Made by a program: the position numbers and the translations under genes. This document shows positions 48,771 through 57,991 of a DNA stretch of 64,000 nt, piece after piece. Numbering within the stretch: position 1 is the first letter of the stretch; each line of letters opens with the position of its first letter. The stretch is from sequence record OR844650.1. The stretch is one strand, 5' to 3'. The notes below the pieces were generated by a model. That model was given only the letters and a program-made list of their open reading frames with translations, was not told where the DNA came from and made no database searches.

Positions 48771-49027
48771 AAAATAGCTCCAATTGCAAATAATGTTGTG
48801 TATAAGATATAAATTAGTGCTCCTAACAACATTAGGCACACCAAGTATGAAGTTGATAGTACATAATAAATTATTGCTTCGAATTTTGAATTGAACTTCA
48901 TTGTAGTTGAATCAATAAAGCCATTACGATAATCTTTGTAAATGAAAACTGTTAGAAAAATAACTGTAGCATACATTACTACAGTAGCATAAAAAATAAT
49001 AGATGTCAAGTTTTGGATGTTTGTCAT
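48767..49027 (-). CDS. Small two-TM protein
   Basis: 86 aa, hydrophobic; ATGA overlap with the peptidase. Confidence 0.55.
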   Translation of the reverse strand: MTNIQNLTSIIFYATVVMYATVIFLTVFIYKDYRNGFIDSTTMKFNSKFEAIIYYVLSTSYLVCLMLLGALIYILYTTLFAIGAIL

Positions 49028-49097
49028 AGTTATATAATCTCAATATAATTAATAACAAAGGAAGTACATCATAATCATCCTGTTATTTTAATTATTT

Positions 49098-49721
49098 TTA
49101 TTGTTTGACTGAACCGTAAAAAACCAGTTCTGGTTTTGTTAATATTACAACATCTTCACCACGAGAACGACTAACTCTAAATAGAACTTCTGGTGGGATT
49201 CCATTTGCTGCATATAGTGAAAAAAGGAAACCTACCTTTGTTGCCATTTCTTCGGTAAAAGTTGATAACTGTCTTACAGACACAAATGAATTATCACCAT
49301 CAGTAACATTACTTTTAATCGAAATGTTATGAAGACCCAGTACTGAGCGATTTGTCATATATCGCTTTTCGGGAGATACACTAAAGAATACCACAGTACA
49401 TGCTGAATTGCAATACCTAGAAACAATTAAATTTATCCCATTGTCTCTAACAAAGTTTGCCATTCGAATACCTGCATCAAAATCACCACCAGGAGATGTA
49501 ATTGTGATGGTATCATAGTGTTCTTTATCATACAACTCTATCATACGCTTGAGTGACCCATCTGTAATATCTGATATGAAATATACATTTCGGGTTTCAG
49601 GATTATACTTTATCACATTTTTACTTTCAATACCAGCACTGGCTGGAAAATTTATTAACAATAGAAACATTGCTGCTTGTATCACTTCAAGCCATAGTCT
49701 TTTCATATAACAAGTCCTCAA
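49098..49721 (-). CDS. Exported ClpP/crotonase-fold protein
   Basis: Signal peptide; ITSPGGDFDAG..CNSAC..LGLH. Confidence 0.6.
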   Translation of the reverse strand: MRTCYMKRLWLEVIQAAMFLLLINFPASAGIESKNVIKYNPETRNVYFISDITDGSLKRMIELYDKEHYDTITITSPGGDFDAGIRMANFVRDNGINLIVSRYCNSACTVVFFSVSPEKRYMTNRSVLGLHNISIKSNVTDGDNSFVSVRQLSTFTEEMATKVGFLFSLYAANGIPPEVLFRVSRSRGEDVVILTKPELVFYGSVKQ

Positions 49722-49741
49722 TTTTGTTTAGGAAGATATAA

Positions 49742-49770
49742 ATAATATAGTACTTAAACACTTAAGTCAA
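49742..49770 (-). promoter_or_regulatory. Sigma70 promoter
   Basis: TTGACT-N17-TATTAT. Confidence 0.7.
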
Positions 49771-49931
49771 ACTTTTTCTGTACTTAACTCAAATTTTTAA
49801 AAATAAAACTTAAGGTGTACAGTTTATAACAGATCATATCATACCACTGATGTTTTGTCAACTAGTTCATGGTGCATCTGATGTAAAAAACAAATATATT
49901 TCATACTTATATTTAAAAAAGGAAATAAAAT

Positions 49932-50309
49932 ATGAAAGCTATCGCAGCACAAGGTAAACTACCATTCAATATCGGCGGGTTTTGTGTAACCGCAGCTAAT
50001 ATAAACGGTGAATTGAAATATAACTTGAACATCTTTAATCAACGTTCTAGTTGTGTTTACGATCTCATTGATACTGATTTTAATGTTTATCGTTTTGTAA
50101 CTATCACTAGTTATGATAAAGATAAAATTAGATTAGATGCATCTAAAACAGCATTGGAAATTGCACCAACTCTAGCCAAAAATACTTTTTGTATTAAGAT
50201 TGACGATAGTGCATTTGCTGAATCATTCCAGTTTCATAAAATTAAATTGAGTACTGGGGCGATGAAATATCACCCTTGGGATTTGTATTATTGCAACCTC
50301 CCAGGTTAA
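49932..50309 (+). CDS. Hypothetical protein (only credible plus-strand gene)
   Basis: 125 aa in a gap with no minus-strand gene; AAGGA SD; ends at a bidirectional terminator. Confidence 0.8.
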   Translation: MKAIAAQGKLPFNIGGFCVTAANINGELKYNLNIFNQRSSCVYDLIDTDFNVYRFVTITSYDKDKIRLDASKTALEIAPTLAKNTFCIKIDDSAFAESFQFHKIKLSTGAMKYHPWDLYYCNLPG

Positions 50310-50310
50310 C

Positions 50311-50340
50311 AAAAAAGGAGCCTTGTGGCTCCTTTTTTTA
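50311..50340. terminator. Bidirectional terminator between convergent genes
   Basis: AAAAAAGGAGCC-TTGT-GGCTCCTTTTTTT. Confidence 0.88.
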
Positions 50341-50595
50341 TTCTACAGTATTAAGCTTCTGACAAATCATATCAGCTTCTACTCGGTCTTTATAATAAAT
50401 GGTAAATCCAAATCTACTTGTTACCCTTTTCTCACTACGGTGTATACAGTTTACAATATAGTACTTATTATTTTGTGCAGAAAAACGAACTTCATAATTT
50501 CGAAAAGAAGTATTAGGTTCATCCATAGCAACTATATATAACATAAAAATAAAAAACACTGTTATTAGAAAAGCAATAATAATTATTACTGTCAT
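50338..50595 (-). CDS. Small membrane protein
   Basis: N-terminal TM helix, 85 aa. Confidence 0.55.
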   Translation of the reverse strand: MTVIIIIAFLITVFFIFMLYIVAMDEPNTSFRNYEVRFSAQNNKYYIVNCIHRSEKRVTSRFGFTIYYKDRVEADMICQKLNTVE

Positions 50596-51083
50596 TTATC
50601 AAGACCCTTATCATAAATGCAATTAACAATAATTCCAGCATCTTCCAGTACTTTAATAGCTTCTGGTGGTGTACGAGGATAATTTTTGAGATAAATTACA
50701 CGTGAAATCCCACTACCTGCGATCAACTTAGAACAAGTATAACATGGTTGTAGTGTTGTGTAAAGAGTAGCACCTTGACGTTCAGTAGGAGAACTATAGA
50801 GTAAAGCGTTCATTTCAGCATGGATTTCATGAATATTACTCCACTCATGATGTTCATGCTTTGCTTCATCACTAACCCAGTCTTGAAAACGTCCATCATT
50901 GACTAAGTGTTGATTCACATCACAACAATTTGGTTGTTTTGATGGAGTACCATTGTATCCAGTACTCAATACTCGGTTATTTTTAACAATAACACAACCA
51001 ACTTTTTGTGAAATACATTTACTTTCCTCAGCAACTACTTCTGCTATCTTCAACCAAGTCGTATGTTTCATTATAAGCTCCAA
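50592..51083 (-). CDS. dCMP deaminase
   Basis: SKC..KVGCVIVKNNRVLSTGYNG, HAEMNAL, TLQPCYTC. Confidence 0.93.
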   Translation of the reverse strand: MELIMKHTTWLKIAEVVAEESKCISQKVGCVIVKNNRVLSTGYNGTPSKQPNCCDVNQHLVNDGRFQDWVSDEAKHEHHEWSNIHEIHAEMNALLYSSPTERQGATLYTTLQPCYTCSKLIAGSGISRVIYLKNYPRTPPEAIKVLEDAGIIVNCIYDKGLDK

Positions 51084-51552
51084 TACTTAACAATGCGTTT
51101 TTACACAAATCATGAATTTTCATAACTCGAATATAGTTTAACACATCTGTTTCATTAATTTCAAATGGTTTATCTGCATATGTAGACCACGTTTGATTTA
51201 ATTCAATAACAAATGTAATTTTATCTGTATCCATAATATTATCACAAAATCTACGAAAATCTTGCTCTTCATCGGAAAGTCTGAAATTTAAATCATTTTT
51301 TAAACCATTAACTGTGAAGCAAATACCAGTACTGTAACCGATGCAAATATCTTCAATATCATATAATCCATAAATTAATTTAGAGATAAACGTGCTATAT
51401 TTGTTTCTATGATAATAGTTTAATATTTCTTGTTTAATATTAATTTCAATATCAGTAGTTTTTTGTAATGTAAGTTTAATTAATTCTAATGTCTTGATTA
51501 TGTTATCTAACCAGATATTAGTATCATCTATACTTAGGTGTGTGTATTTCAT
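51028..51552 (-). CDS. Hypothetical protein, paralog family E
   Basis: IGYS and KPFEINE motifs shared with the next ORF. Confidence 0.6.
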   Translation of the reverse strand: MKYTHLSIDDTNIWLDNIIKTLELIKLTLQKTTDIEINIKQEILNYYHRNKYSTFISKLIYGLYDIEDICIGYSTGICFTVNGLKNDLNFRLSDEEQDFRRFCDNIMDTDKITFVIELNQTWSTYADKPFEINETDVLNYIRVMKIHDLCKNALLSIGAYNETYDLVEDSRSSC

Positions 51553-52078
51553 TATGTCCCTCTAGATTCCAATCATCAACGAGTTTAGAACAAACTTCCA
51601 TATGATTATAGTACTTTTCATCCAATACATACGGTTTATTATGATATTGTCGTACATCAGTGAATATATCATAATTTCTATATATGAATGACATATTTTT
51701 ATGCATTAATTCTATAGTTTTCCAAATTTTCTCAATATCATATAGAATTGTTTCTAATGACAAACCTGTTAACTTGGAAATTCTTTCAACTTTAAACCCT
51801 GATAACATCATAGTACTGTTGTGTTTAGTTAAGTAACTATATCCAATAGAACTATGTATTAACTCAATACTATCAGTGTATGTGATTGTTTTTAGAAATG
51901 ATTTTATATTTCTATTAAACCAATACCACTTTTTGTTTTTATTATAACAACTATACCATTTCTTCAATATATCAATTGCTTCAGAATTAATTTTTAAAGC
52001 AAATTCATCAATTAAAAACATATGATGGTAAAAAATATCACTTTGTTCTTCAGTTAAATTATATTGCTGCATATTCAC
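51524..52078 (-). CDS. Hypothetical protein, paralog family E
   Basis: IGYS and KPYVLDE motifs; likely ATG at 52072. Confidence 0.6.
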   Translation of the reverse strand: MNMQQYNLTEEQSDIFYHHMFLIDEFALKINSEAIDILKKWYSCYNKNKKWYWFNRNIKSFLKTITYTDSIELIHSSIGYSYLTKHNSTMMLSGFKVERISKLTGLSLETILYDIEKIWKTIELMHKNMSFIYRNYDIFTDVRQYHNKPYVLDEKYYNHMEVCSKLVDDWNLEGHNEIHTPKYR

Positions 52079-52198
52079 CTACCCTAGTAACAATGATTCC
52101 TTGGGTATTTAGCTCATATAGATCAAAATATGATCAATGGAAAATTGATATACAGCAATAAAAATAGGAATCCCATGATAGGATTCCTTTTCACAATA

Positions 52199-52645
52199 TT
52201 ATTTTTGATATGGGGTGTACTGATATTTTTCACAATCAGAAACAGTTAGAACACCTTCATCATAACCATATTGAAGTACAAGGTCAAATGCTTTATCAAC
52301 CATAGCAACAACATCTTTATAACGAACAATCTTATGAGATTGATTCTCAACTGCTTTCATAATCCCCATTAGCAACCAGCGACCTTCATCGGTGTGTAAT
52401 TTAGCAAAGCGTGGACGCTTTGTCGCTGCCATAATATCAGTCCATTCAGCTTTAAAAATGTGTGGACGTTTTGGAATATCATATAGTGTAGTAGGGAAAG
52501 TTACATTATTTTTCTTCATTGCTTCTGCTTGTGCTGCACGATAGCCCTGACGATATAATGGATGCTGCATTTTTAGCTGTTCAGCACTTAGAACTACTTT
52601 TGCTTTGTATGCGTCATAACCATCTTTATATTGTGCATTGGACAT
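52199..52645 (-). CDS. Hypothetical protein
   Basis: 148 aa with two Y..GY motifs. Confidence 0.65.
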   Translation of the reverse strand: MSNAQYKDGYDAYKAKVVLSAEQLKMQHPLYRQGYRAAQAEAMKKNNVTFPTTLYDIPKRPHIFKAEWTDIMAATKRPRFAKLHTDEGRWLLMGIMKAVENQSHKIVRYKDVVAMVDKAFDLVLQYGYDEGVLTVSDCEKYQYTPYQK

Positions 52646-52646
52646 A

Positions 52647-52937
52647 TTATTCTTTTACCTCATCAGTTTGAATGTATTTTTTGTCAGAGAATGTACCGTG
52701 TTCTTTACGCACAGCTTCTGCATGTTGAACCGCATCAACTGGATTAATGTTCTTTTTAATTAGTACTTCATTCATTAATTCAAGTACAATTGCAAAACCA
52801 TTCAGCACACGCTCAGATTCATCTACATTTTTTAATTCAAGTGCTACTGCACTAATTTGATCGAACGCAACATTAATAAAATCGGAATCTTCTAATACAT
52901 TTGCTACTTCCGTATTATTACGTACTAGTACTTTCAT
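52647..52937 (-). CDS. Hypothetical protein
   Basis: Likely start at MKVLV (GGAG SD). Confidence 0.6.
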   Translation of the reverse strand: MKVLVRNNTEVANVLEDSDFINVAFDQISAVALELKNVDESERVLNGFAIVLELMNEVLIKKNINPVDAVQHAEAVRKEHGTFSDKKYIQTDEVKE

Positions 52938-52985
52938 ATAATCTCCACAAAGATGATGCCCCATATTGAGGCATCAAAATCTATC

Positions 52986-53681
52986 TTACACCCACTCTTC
53001 TACACCACCGCGACGCTTAACTAAGTACTTGCCTTCTTCGTTACGTGGACCAAGAATAATACCATCAATGAAACCATGTTCACCATATTCAAGTGCTTCT
53101 TCTGCATTTAACCACAAATCGCGGTCAGCATCTTTTAGTAATTGTTCATGTGATACACCTACAGCTTCTGCAATTTCTTTGGTCAACAATGTATTCAGTG
53201 CATCAGAATGTTGTAGGGAAATCTTCTGGTCTGTAATTAGACCTTGTGTACCAGAACTTACTTGGTGACACATGAAGTATGAGCGTTTACCACCTAAACG
53301 GAAACCTTTAGTCCCAATAACAGATTGTGTATAGCAACCCATTGATGCTGCATAGCCCATTACTACAGTGCGAATTGGCGAAATACAAGACTTAGCAACA
53401 TCTGCAATACCCAAACCTGCGTGTACTGAACCACCCGGTGAACTAATGTAGAATGTAATAGGGGAATCACCTTGTGAGTCTAACCATACCAATTGTTGTT
53501 TGATGATATGTGCCATTTGATCATTGAAATCAGTATCAAGGAAAATGATACGGTCTTGCATCATACGAGATGCTAGATCATATGTACGTTCTGAACCATT
53601 AACTTTCTCAACTACGTAAGGAATAGAAATGTTACGTACTTCGCCATTAGCATAACCACCAAACATGAATTGTTCAACCAT
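52986..53681 (-). CDS. clpP: ATP-dependent Clp protease proteolytic subunit
   Basis: PYVVE..ERTYDLASRMMQDRIIFL, SSPGGSV, AASMG (Ser), MCHQ (His), DRDLWL (Asp). Confidence 0.95.
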   Translation of the reverse strand: MVEQFMFGGYANGEVRNISIPYVVEKVNGSERTYDLASRMMQDRIIFLDTDFNDQMAHIIKQQLVWLDSQGDSPITFYISSPGGSVHAGLGIADVAKSCISPIRTVVMGYAASMGCYTQSVIGTKGFRLGGKRSYFMCHQVSSGTQGLITDQKISLQHSDALNTLLTKEIAEAVGVSHEQLLKDADRDLWLNAEEALEYGEHGFIDGIILGPRNEEGKYLVKRRGGVEEWV

Positions 53682-53715
53682 TATTAATTTCCTCTATTAT
53701 TTCGTTGTTGTGAGT

Positions 53716-53743
53716 ATTATATCACTAAGATTTAAAATGTCCA
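53716..53743 (-). promoter_or_regulatory. Promoter TGGACA-N16-TATAAT with extended -10
   Basis: TGGACA ttttaaatcttagtga TATAAT upstream of clpP. Confidence 0.65.
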
Positions 53744-53745
53744 AA

Positions 53746-54186
53746 CTATTTTACTGGAATATTTGAAAAGAAATCAGTCATCCAATACGCCGTCTCTTTG
53801 TTGAATAATACTGGATCAAACTTAAGTAACTCAACATGACTTGTATCATACACGCTTGTATCGGTAATGTCAAACAAAGTTTTAGTACTGAATAGTGGAT
53901 TACTCACTAGAAAGTAGTAATCAGCAGTAGTGCTAATGTCATCATAAAACACACCGTCATACCATCCATCATCATATACATAAACAGAATCGTCATGAAG
54001 ATAGTAAACTTCTATATGTAAACTCAAGTTCTTCATGGTTTCAATCATTTTTGCCGTATGAGGATTTAACTTATTGACATTTTCAAACACATAAGAGTGT
54101 TTTTTATTCATATCAACAAATGAAAATATTCGTACTGAACGTATATTCATATTACTCCAAATAAACAAGTGAATTAATGAAATCAT
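53746..54186 (-). CDS. Hypothetical protein
   Basis: Likely start at MNIRS (GGAG SD). Confidence 0.55.
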   Translation of the reverse strand: MISLIHLFIWSNMNIRSVRIFSFVDMNKKHSYVFENVNKLNPHTAKMIETMKNLSLHIEVYYLHDDSVYVYDDGWYDGVFYDDISTTADYYFLVSNPLFSTKTLFDITDTSVYDTSHVELLKFDPVLFNKETAYWMTDFFSNIPVK

Positions 54187-54535
54187 ATTTCAATTTATCA
54201 TCAACATAATTCAAATCAACTTTAATTATCGGAGCATGGGAACGTATAGACAGTGTTTCCATAAAGTACTGATTAAGTTTGTATGTATGGAAAAGATGAA
54301 TATCTCGTTTCAATACCACCATTACTTCCCCGAACAGATCACAGAGTTCAACTTCAGTGTTAGTTGGGTCAAACCCATAACGATTCTTTAATGTACGTGG
54401 TTCTTTATTTCGATAATAATGCACAGCTTTATTACTATTCACTAACAAGTGATGATATGCATTACTATAAACTGAGCAAATAACTCGGCTTGGATAATTG
54501 GTATATTCTGGCAGTTCAAAATAAATTAATGACAC
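54152..54535 (-). CDS. Hypothetical protein
   Basis: 127 aa with GAGG SD. Confidence 0.6.
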   Translation of the reverse strand: MSLIYFELPEYTNYPSRVICSVYSNAYHHLLVNSNKAVHYYRNKEPRTLKNRYGFDPTNTEVELCDLFGEVMVVLKRDIHLFHTYKLNQYFMETLSIRSHAPIIKVDLNYVDDKLKYDFINSLVYLE

Positions 54536-54547
54536 AATATCCTCTCA

Positions 54548-55351
54548 TTAAATTTCAAATACAAATTTAGGATTGTAATCAAAATTCTCACAAGCTCCAC
54601 TGTATGATTCATAGCCTCGTGGATTACAAATGATACGTGTCTTACCAATGTGGTAGTCAAAACTACTATGAACATGACCATGAATCCAAACATCAGCACC
54701 CAAATCTTCAATGTACTGATCCATATCGGAACAGTAACAACCATTCAGTGAATCATTTTTATATTTTGGTGAAACACTTTGATAACTTGGTGCGTGATGG
54801 GTAACCACGATGACCTTGAAATCATTATCATGCATAAAGCGAACTGTGTCAATAGAATTTTTGATAAATTGTTTATCTTTGTGATGCATAAACTCAGTAT
54901 CATCTGGTGTCAGTTTCTTACGCCAAGGCTCTGATGTTGTTCCATGACGGATATGTTTGTAATCGTTCATCTTCTGACGAGCATCAAACTTCGTCAAAGA
55001 ATTACCTTTATCGAAGTCTGTCCACAGAGTGCTACCAACAAGCAGTACTCCATCCAGCCATACAAATTTGTTTTGCAAAAAGATGAAATTTGGAATCTCA
55101 TCTTGTATATCGGACAGTACTTTATGCGTTTTGTGGATATTGGAACCATAATATTCATGATTGCCAGGAACCAGTACTACATTCTTAAACTGCTTACATA
55201 GTGATTCTATACCAGTACGGTAACGACTGCGTTTAACTTCATCGAAGTCCCCAGCAATAATCAGTACTGTATCACTGTAATCACCACTATGGAGGTAATC
55301 AGTCCCACCGTGTACATCAGATGTTACAACAAATTTCATAATCACCTCCAA
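54548..55351 (-). CDS. Calcineurin-like metallophosphoesterase
   Basis: SDVH, AGD, PGNHEYY, THHAP, HGHVH. Confidence 0.9.
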   Translation of the reverse strand: MEVIMKFVVTSDVHGGTDYLHSGDYSDTVLIIAGDFDEVKRSRYRTGIESLCKQFKNVVLVPGNHEYYGSNIHKTHKVLSDIQDEIPNFIFLQNKFVWLDGVLLVGSTLWTDFDKGNSLTKFDARQKMNDYKHIRHGTTSEPWRKKLTPDDTEFMHHKDKQFIKNSIDTVRFMHDNDFKVIVVTHHAPSYQSVSPKYKNDSLNGCYCSDMDQYIEDLGADVWIHGHVHSSFDYHIGKTRIICNPRGYESYSGACENFDYNPKFVFEI

Positions 55352-55358
55352 TAAATGG

Positions 55359-56777
55359 TTAACCTAATGCGTCAATAATACTGTTTGAGAACACTTCAAC
55401 AGCACTCTCACGAATTTCTAAGATACGAGTATAATCATCACAAGTGTTTTTGTCAAATCTAAATTCAATAAACACTGGTAAGAACAGTGATGGCTCACCA
55501 GTACGCTTGTCGAATACAATGTCATTACACTCAACTGTAACCACTTTACCAATAAGTTCTTGCATTCTTTCCCAAATGGTTTTAAATGTCCATTCAGCAT
55601 CTTTCTCTTTGATACCAGTACCCACATTAACTTTCAATGAACCACAAGCACTTTCCAGTTGTAAAGAACCTAGGCTTCCTTTACGTTTACCTTCACCTTC
55701 ATTGAAACCAACAATACGTAAGTCCAGTTGCATTTTCAATTTCATTTTCAACTGCTTAGGTGAAGTATGAGATTTCCAGATACCATCTTCACATTTCAGT
55801 ACTGAACCCTCTTCACCTTCGTTCATTAGTTCACTATTGTACTCAAATGCTTCTTTGATGTTTAGAACTTTACGGAATCCAACCATACGAACAAAATCAC
55901 TATTGAGTTCGTTAATTGCATCTACTAAGATCTCGCGACGTTCTTTACGTTTTACATCCCATACACCTTCACAAAATGCATCATATGGAACAACATCCCA
56001 TAGAACGAATACAGTACGCATTGCTTCATTCTGACTGATGCTATCTTTACCAGCTTTCTGAATTATACCGTTGCCAGTAGTGCGTGGGAGAATGGTTTCT
56101 CCATCATTGTCCAGTACTACACCTTCCCCCATAAAGACTACACCACTACTAAAACGTTCATCTTTACTTTGGATGATGTGAGCAAGACCTGCCATCTCAC
56201 CATCACGACAACCCAGGAAGTCGTATAGTTTACCATTACGGGATGTAGAAGTTAATGAACCATTAATGACAACGTGGTTTAAGTACTGACCATCCATTTT
56301 CACTTCTGATATAGCGTAACCATAATCTTTGAAGTTGATGTTCTTTGCAGTCTTTTTGTCAATCAAAGAACAACGCATATATGGTTCGTCTTTGATGAAT
56401 CCTTTACCAAACACATCATTGCAGTTCTTCTCCTGAATACCACAATCAAGGTTCTTAGTGAGCATTCTACGTAGAACTTCCTGATCATCTTCAGATACAG
56501 AACCCAGTACTGAAGCAATGAAATCACGCCCCGCATTTCCTGTCACATCACGCTTGTAAATGCATTCTAGCTTATCAATTGCTTCATCTAACGTCATATG
56601 TTGATATACGTCATCAGCGGCAGGGAGCTTCTTATAGCCACTAACGATAGAAGGGTCTAGTGTATATTTCAGTACTTTTTGTAAAGTTACATTATCTTTA
56701 TTTTGTTCAAGAATAGCCTTTTTGCCCAGAGTACTGCTAGTATTTTTAATGCTTTCAAGAATTGCTAAAATGCTCAT
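55359..56777 (-). CDS. ATP-dependent DNA ligase (T4 gp30-like)
   Basis: Adenylation motif EVKMDG, SRNGK, EGEEGSVLK, KLK..LDLRIVGFNEG, LFLPVFIEFRFDK. Confidence 0.95.
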   Translation of the reverse strand: MSILAILESIKNTSSTLGKKAILEQNKDNVTLQKVLKYTLDPSIVSGYKKLPAADDVYQHMTLDEAIDKLECIYKRDVTGNAGRDFIASVLGSVSEDDQEVLRRMLTKNLDCGIQEKNCNDVFGKGFIKDEPYMRCSLIDKKTAKNINFKDYGYAISEVKMDGQYLNHVVINGSLTSTSRNGKLYDFLGCRDGEMAGLAHIIQSKDERFSSGVVFMGEGVVLDNDGETILPRTTGNGIIQKAGKDSISQNEAMRTVFVLWDVVPYDAFCEGVWDVKRKERREILVDAINELNSDFVRMVGFRKVLNIKEAFEYNSELMNEGEEGSVLKCEDGIWKSHTSPKQLKMKLKMQLDLRIVGFNEGEGKRKGSLGSLQLESACGSLKVNVGTGIKEKDAEWTFKTIWERMQELIGKVVTVECNDIVFDKRTGEPSLFLPVFIEFRFDKNTCDDYTRILEIRESAVEVFSNSIIDALG

Positions 56778-56788
56778 TGTATATTCCT

Positions 56789-57991
56789 TTATAGATAATA
56801 CTTTCCAATATAAAGTGGATTACTAATTGATAGTTGAACGTGACATGGTTTGTCTTGGTAGTAACGAGTGCTTGATGTTTTGCGTTCATTTGGTGGGAAG
56901 AATGGGGAACGATAGCCATTCCATGTACTAAATGATGAGTGTTCATTAATATCAACATCCATTACCATAATCCCATTATCATCAATTTGAACTGGATATG
57001 CACTAAAGCGTTCAAATTTATCATTATAATGGATATTATAATCTCCACTACGCCCATAATAACTACGCGTTGTATTATTACTTACACCAAAAAATACGCG
57101 ATATGTTTGTTCATTATCTTTAGTCATAAATGGTACGTTCTCGTTGAAACGTCCATTATTCATAAGATCATCAACATTTATTTCTTCGTATTTAATTTTA
57201 AGGTCTTTTGCTTTAAATGATTTATTGTGTACCAGTACTGGAATGTTAGATTCACCTAATGGGTTATGTCTGTTTGTTCTATAGCTTTGCCAAAATTCAT
57301 TAGCAAGTTTAATTTCTTCATCTGCCGTAGTCTTCTTATTCAAGAGTGCACGAGGTTCAATATTGTAATTATCCAAACGTTGATTCAATGCATAAGTTCC
57401 ACGAGTACTGTTAAAAAGTAAATGATAAACTGAACTTTTGTCGGGATATGCAAATTCTTTAGTTTTCTTTATACAAATTGCATGTACTTTACCGCAGTAA
57501 TAGTAATCTTCTTTAAGATAAGTGAAACCATCACCAACTTTAAGACCTGCTACAGTTTCTTTTTGTTGTTCTTTTTTATTTTCTTTTTCAACTAACTTAG
57601 CAAACGTTTTTGTTTTACCATTAATTAATTCTAAGTTATTGTTGAAAAACATTGGGTCTACAAAAACACCTTTGATTATATCGTTATTGATAATTAAATC
57701 ATTCATGTTTTTTGCACTAATCATAAATTCAAATCCTTCTGGGTGACGGATCGTGAAATATGTTTCTCGTGCATGAGTTGTTAATTTATCAACTACACAA
57801 AATCCCGTAGTTGGAACGTTGTCAATATATAACGATGGAAGATTGTTCTTCTTTGCCCAGTACTCTGCTCTCTCTTTCTTTGTTTCAAACGCTTTTGTAT
57901 GTGATTTTGTTGCATCGATAATAAAACCATCAACTTGGTTGTGGTTTACATAGGAACGTGCAACAAATAACTTCTCTGGAAAATCCATCAA
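56789..57991 (-). CDS. Hypothetical protein
   Basis: 400 aa, IRHPEGFEFMIS. Confidence 0.7.
   Translation of the reverse strand: MMDFPEKLFVARSYVNHNQVDGFIIDATKSHTKAFETKKERAEYWAKKNNLPSLYIDNVPTTGFCVVDKLTTHARETYFTIRHPEGFEFMISAKNMNDLIINNDIIKGVFVDPMFFNNNLELINGKTKTFAKLVEKENKKEQQKETVAGLKVGDGFTYLKEDYYYCGKVHAICIKKTKEFAYPDKSSVYHLLFNSTRGTYALNQRLDNYNIEPRALLNKKTTADEEIKLANEFWQSYRTNRHNPLGESNIPVLVHNKSFKAKDLKIKYEEINVDDLMNNGRFNENVPFMTKDNEQTYRVFFGVSNNTTRSYYGRSGDYNIHYNDKFERFSAYPVQIDDNGIMVMDVDINEHSSFSTWNGYRSPFFPPNERKTSSTRYYQDKPCHVQLSISNPLYIGKYYL

Noticed and set aside
21031-48839. Longest-ORF starts at 21061, 24137, 31552, 37502 and 48839
   Set aside because: Downstream ATGs have clear SDs, remove overlaps with upstream genes or terminators, and match family N-termini (e.g. 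Met-Thr for the Ntn peptidase).
54526-54744. 72-aa minus-strand ORF and other nested same-strand ORFs (e.g. 7404-7610, 12184-12402, 35337-35609, 55418-55627, 63331-63585)
   Set aside because: Out-of-frame overlaps inside confidently assigned genes.
35634-56777. Inteins or introns in nrdD, phoH, clpP or DNA ligase
   Set aside because: The ORFs are continuous, of ordinary length, and show no intein splice motifs.
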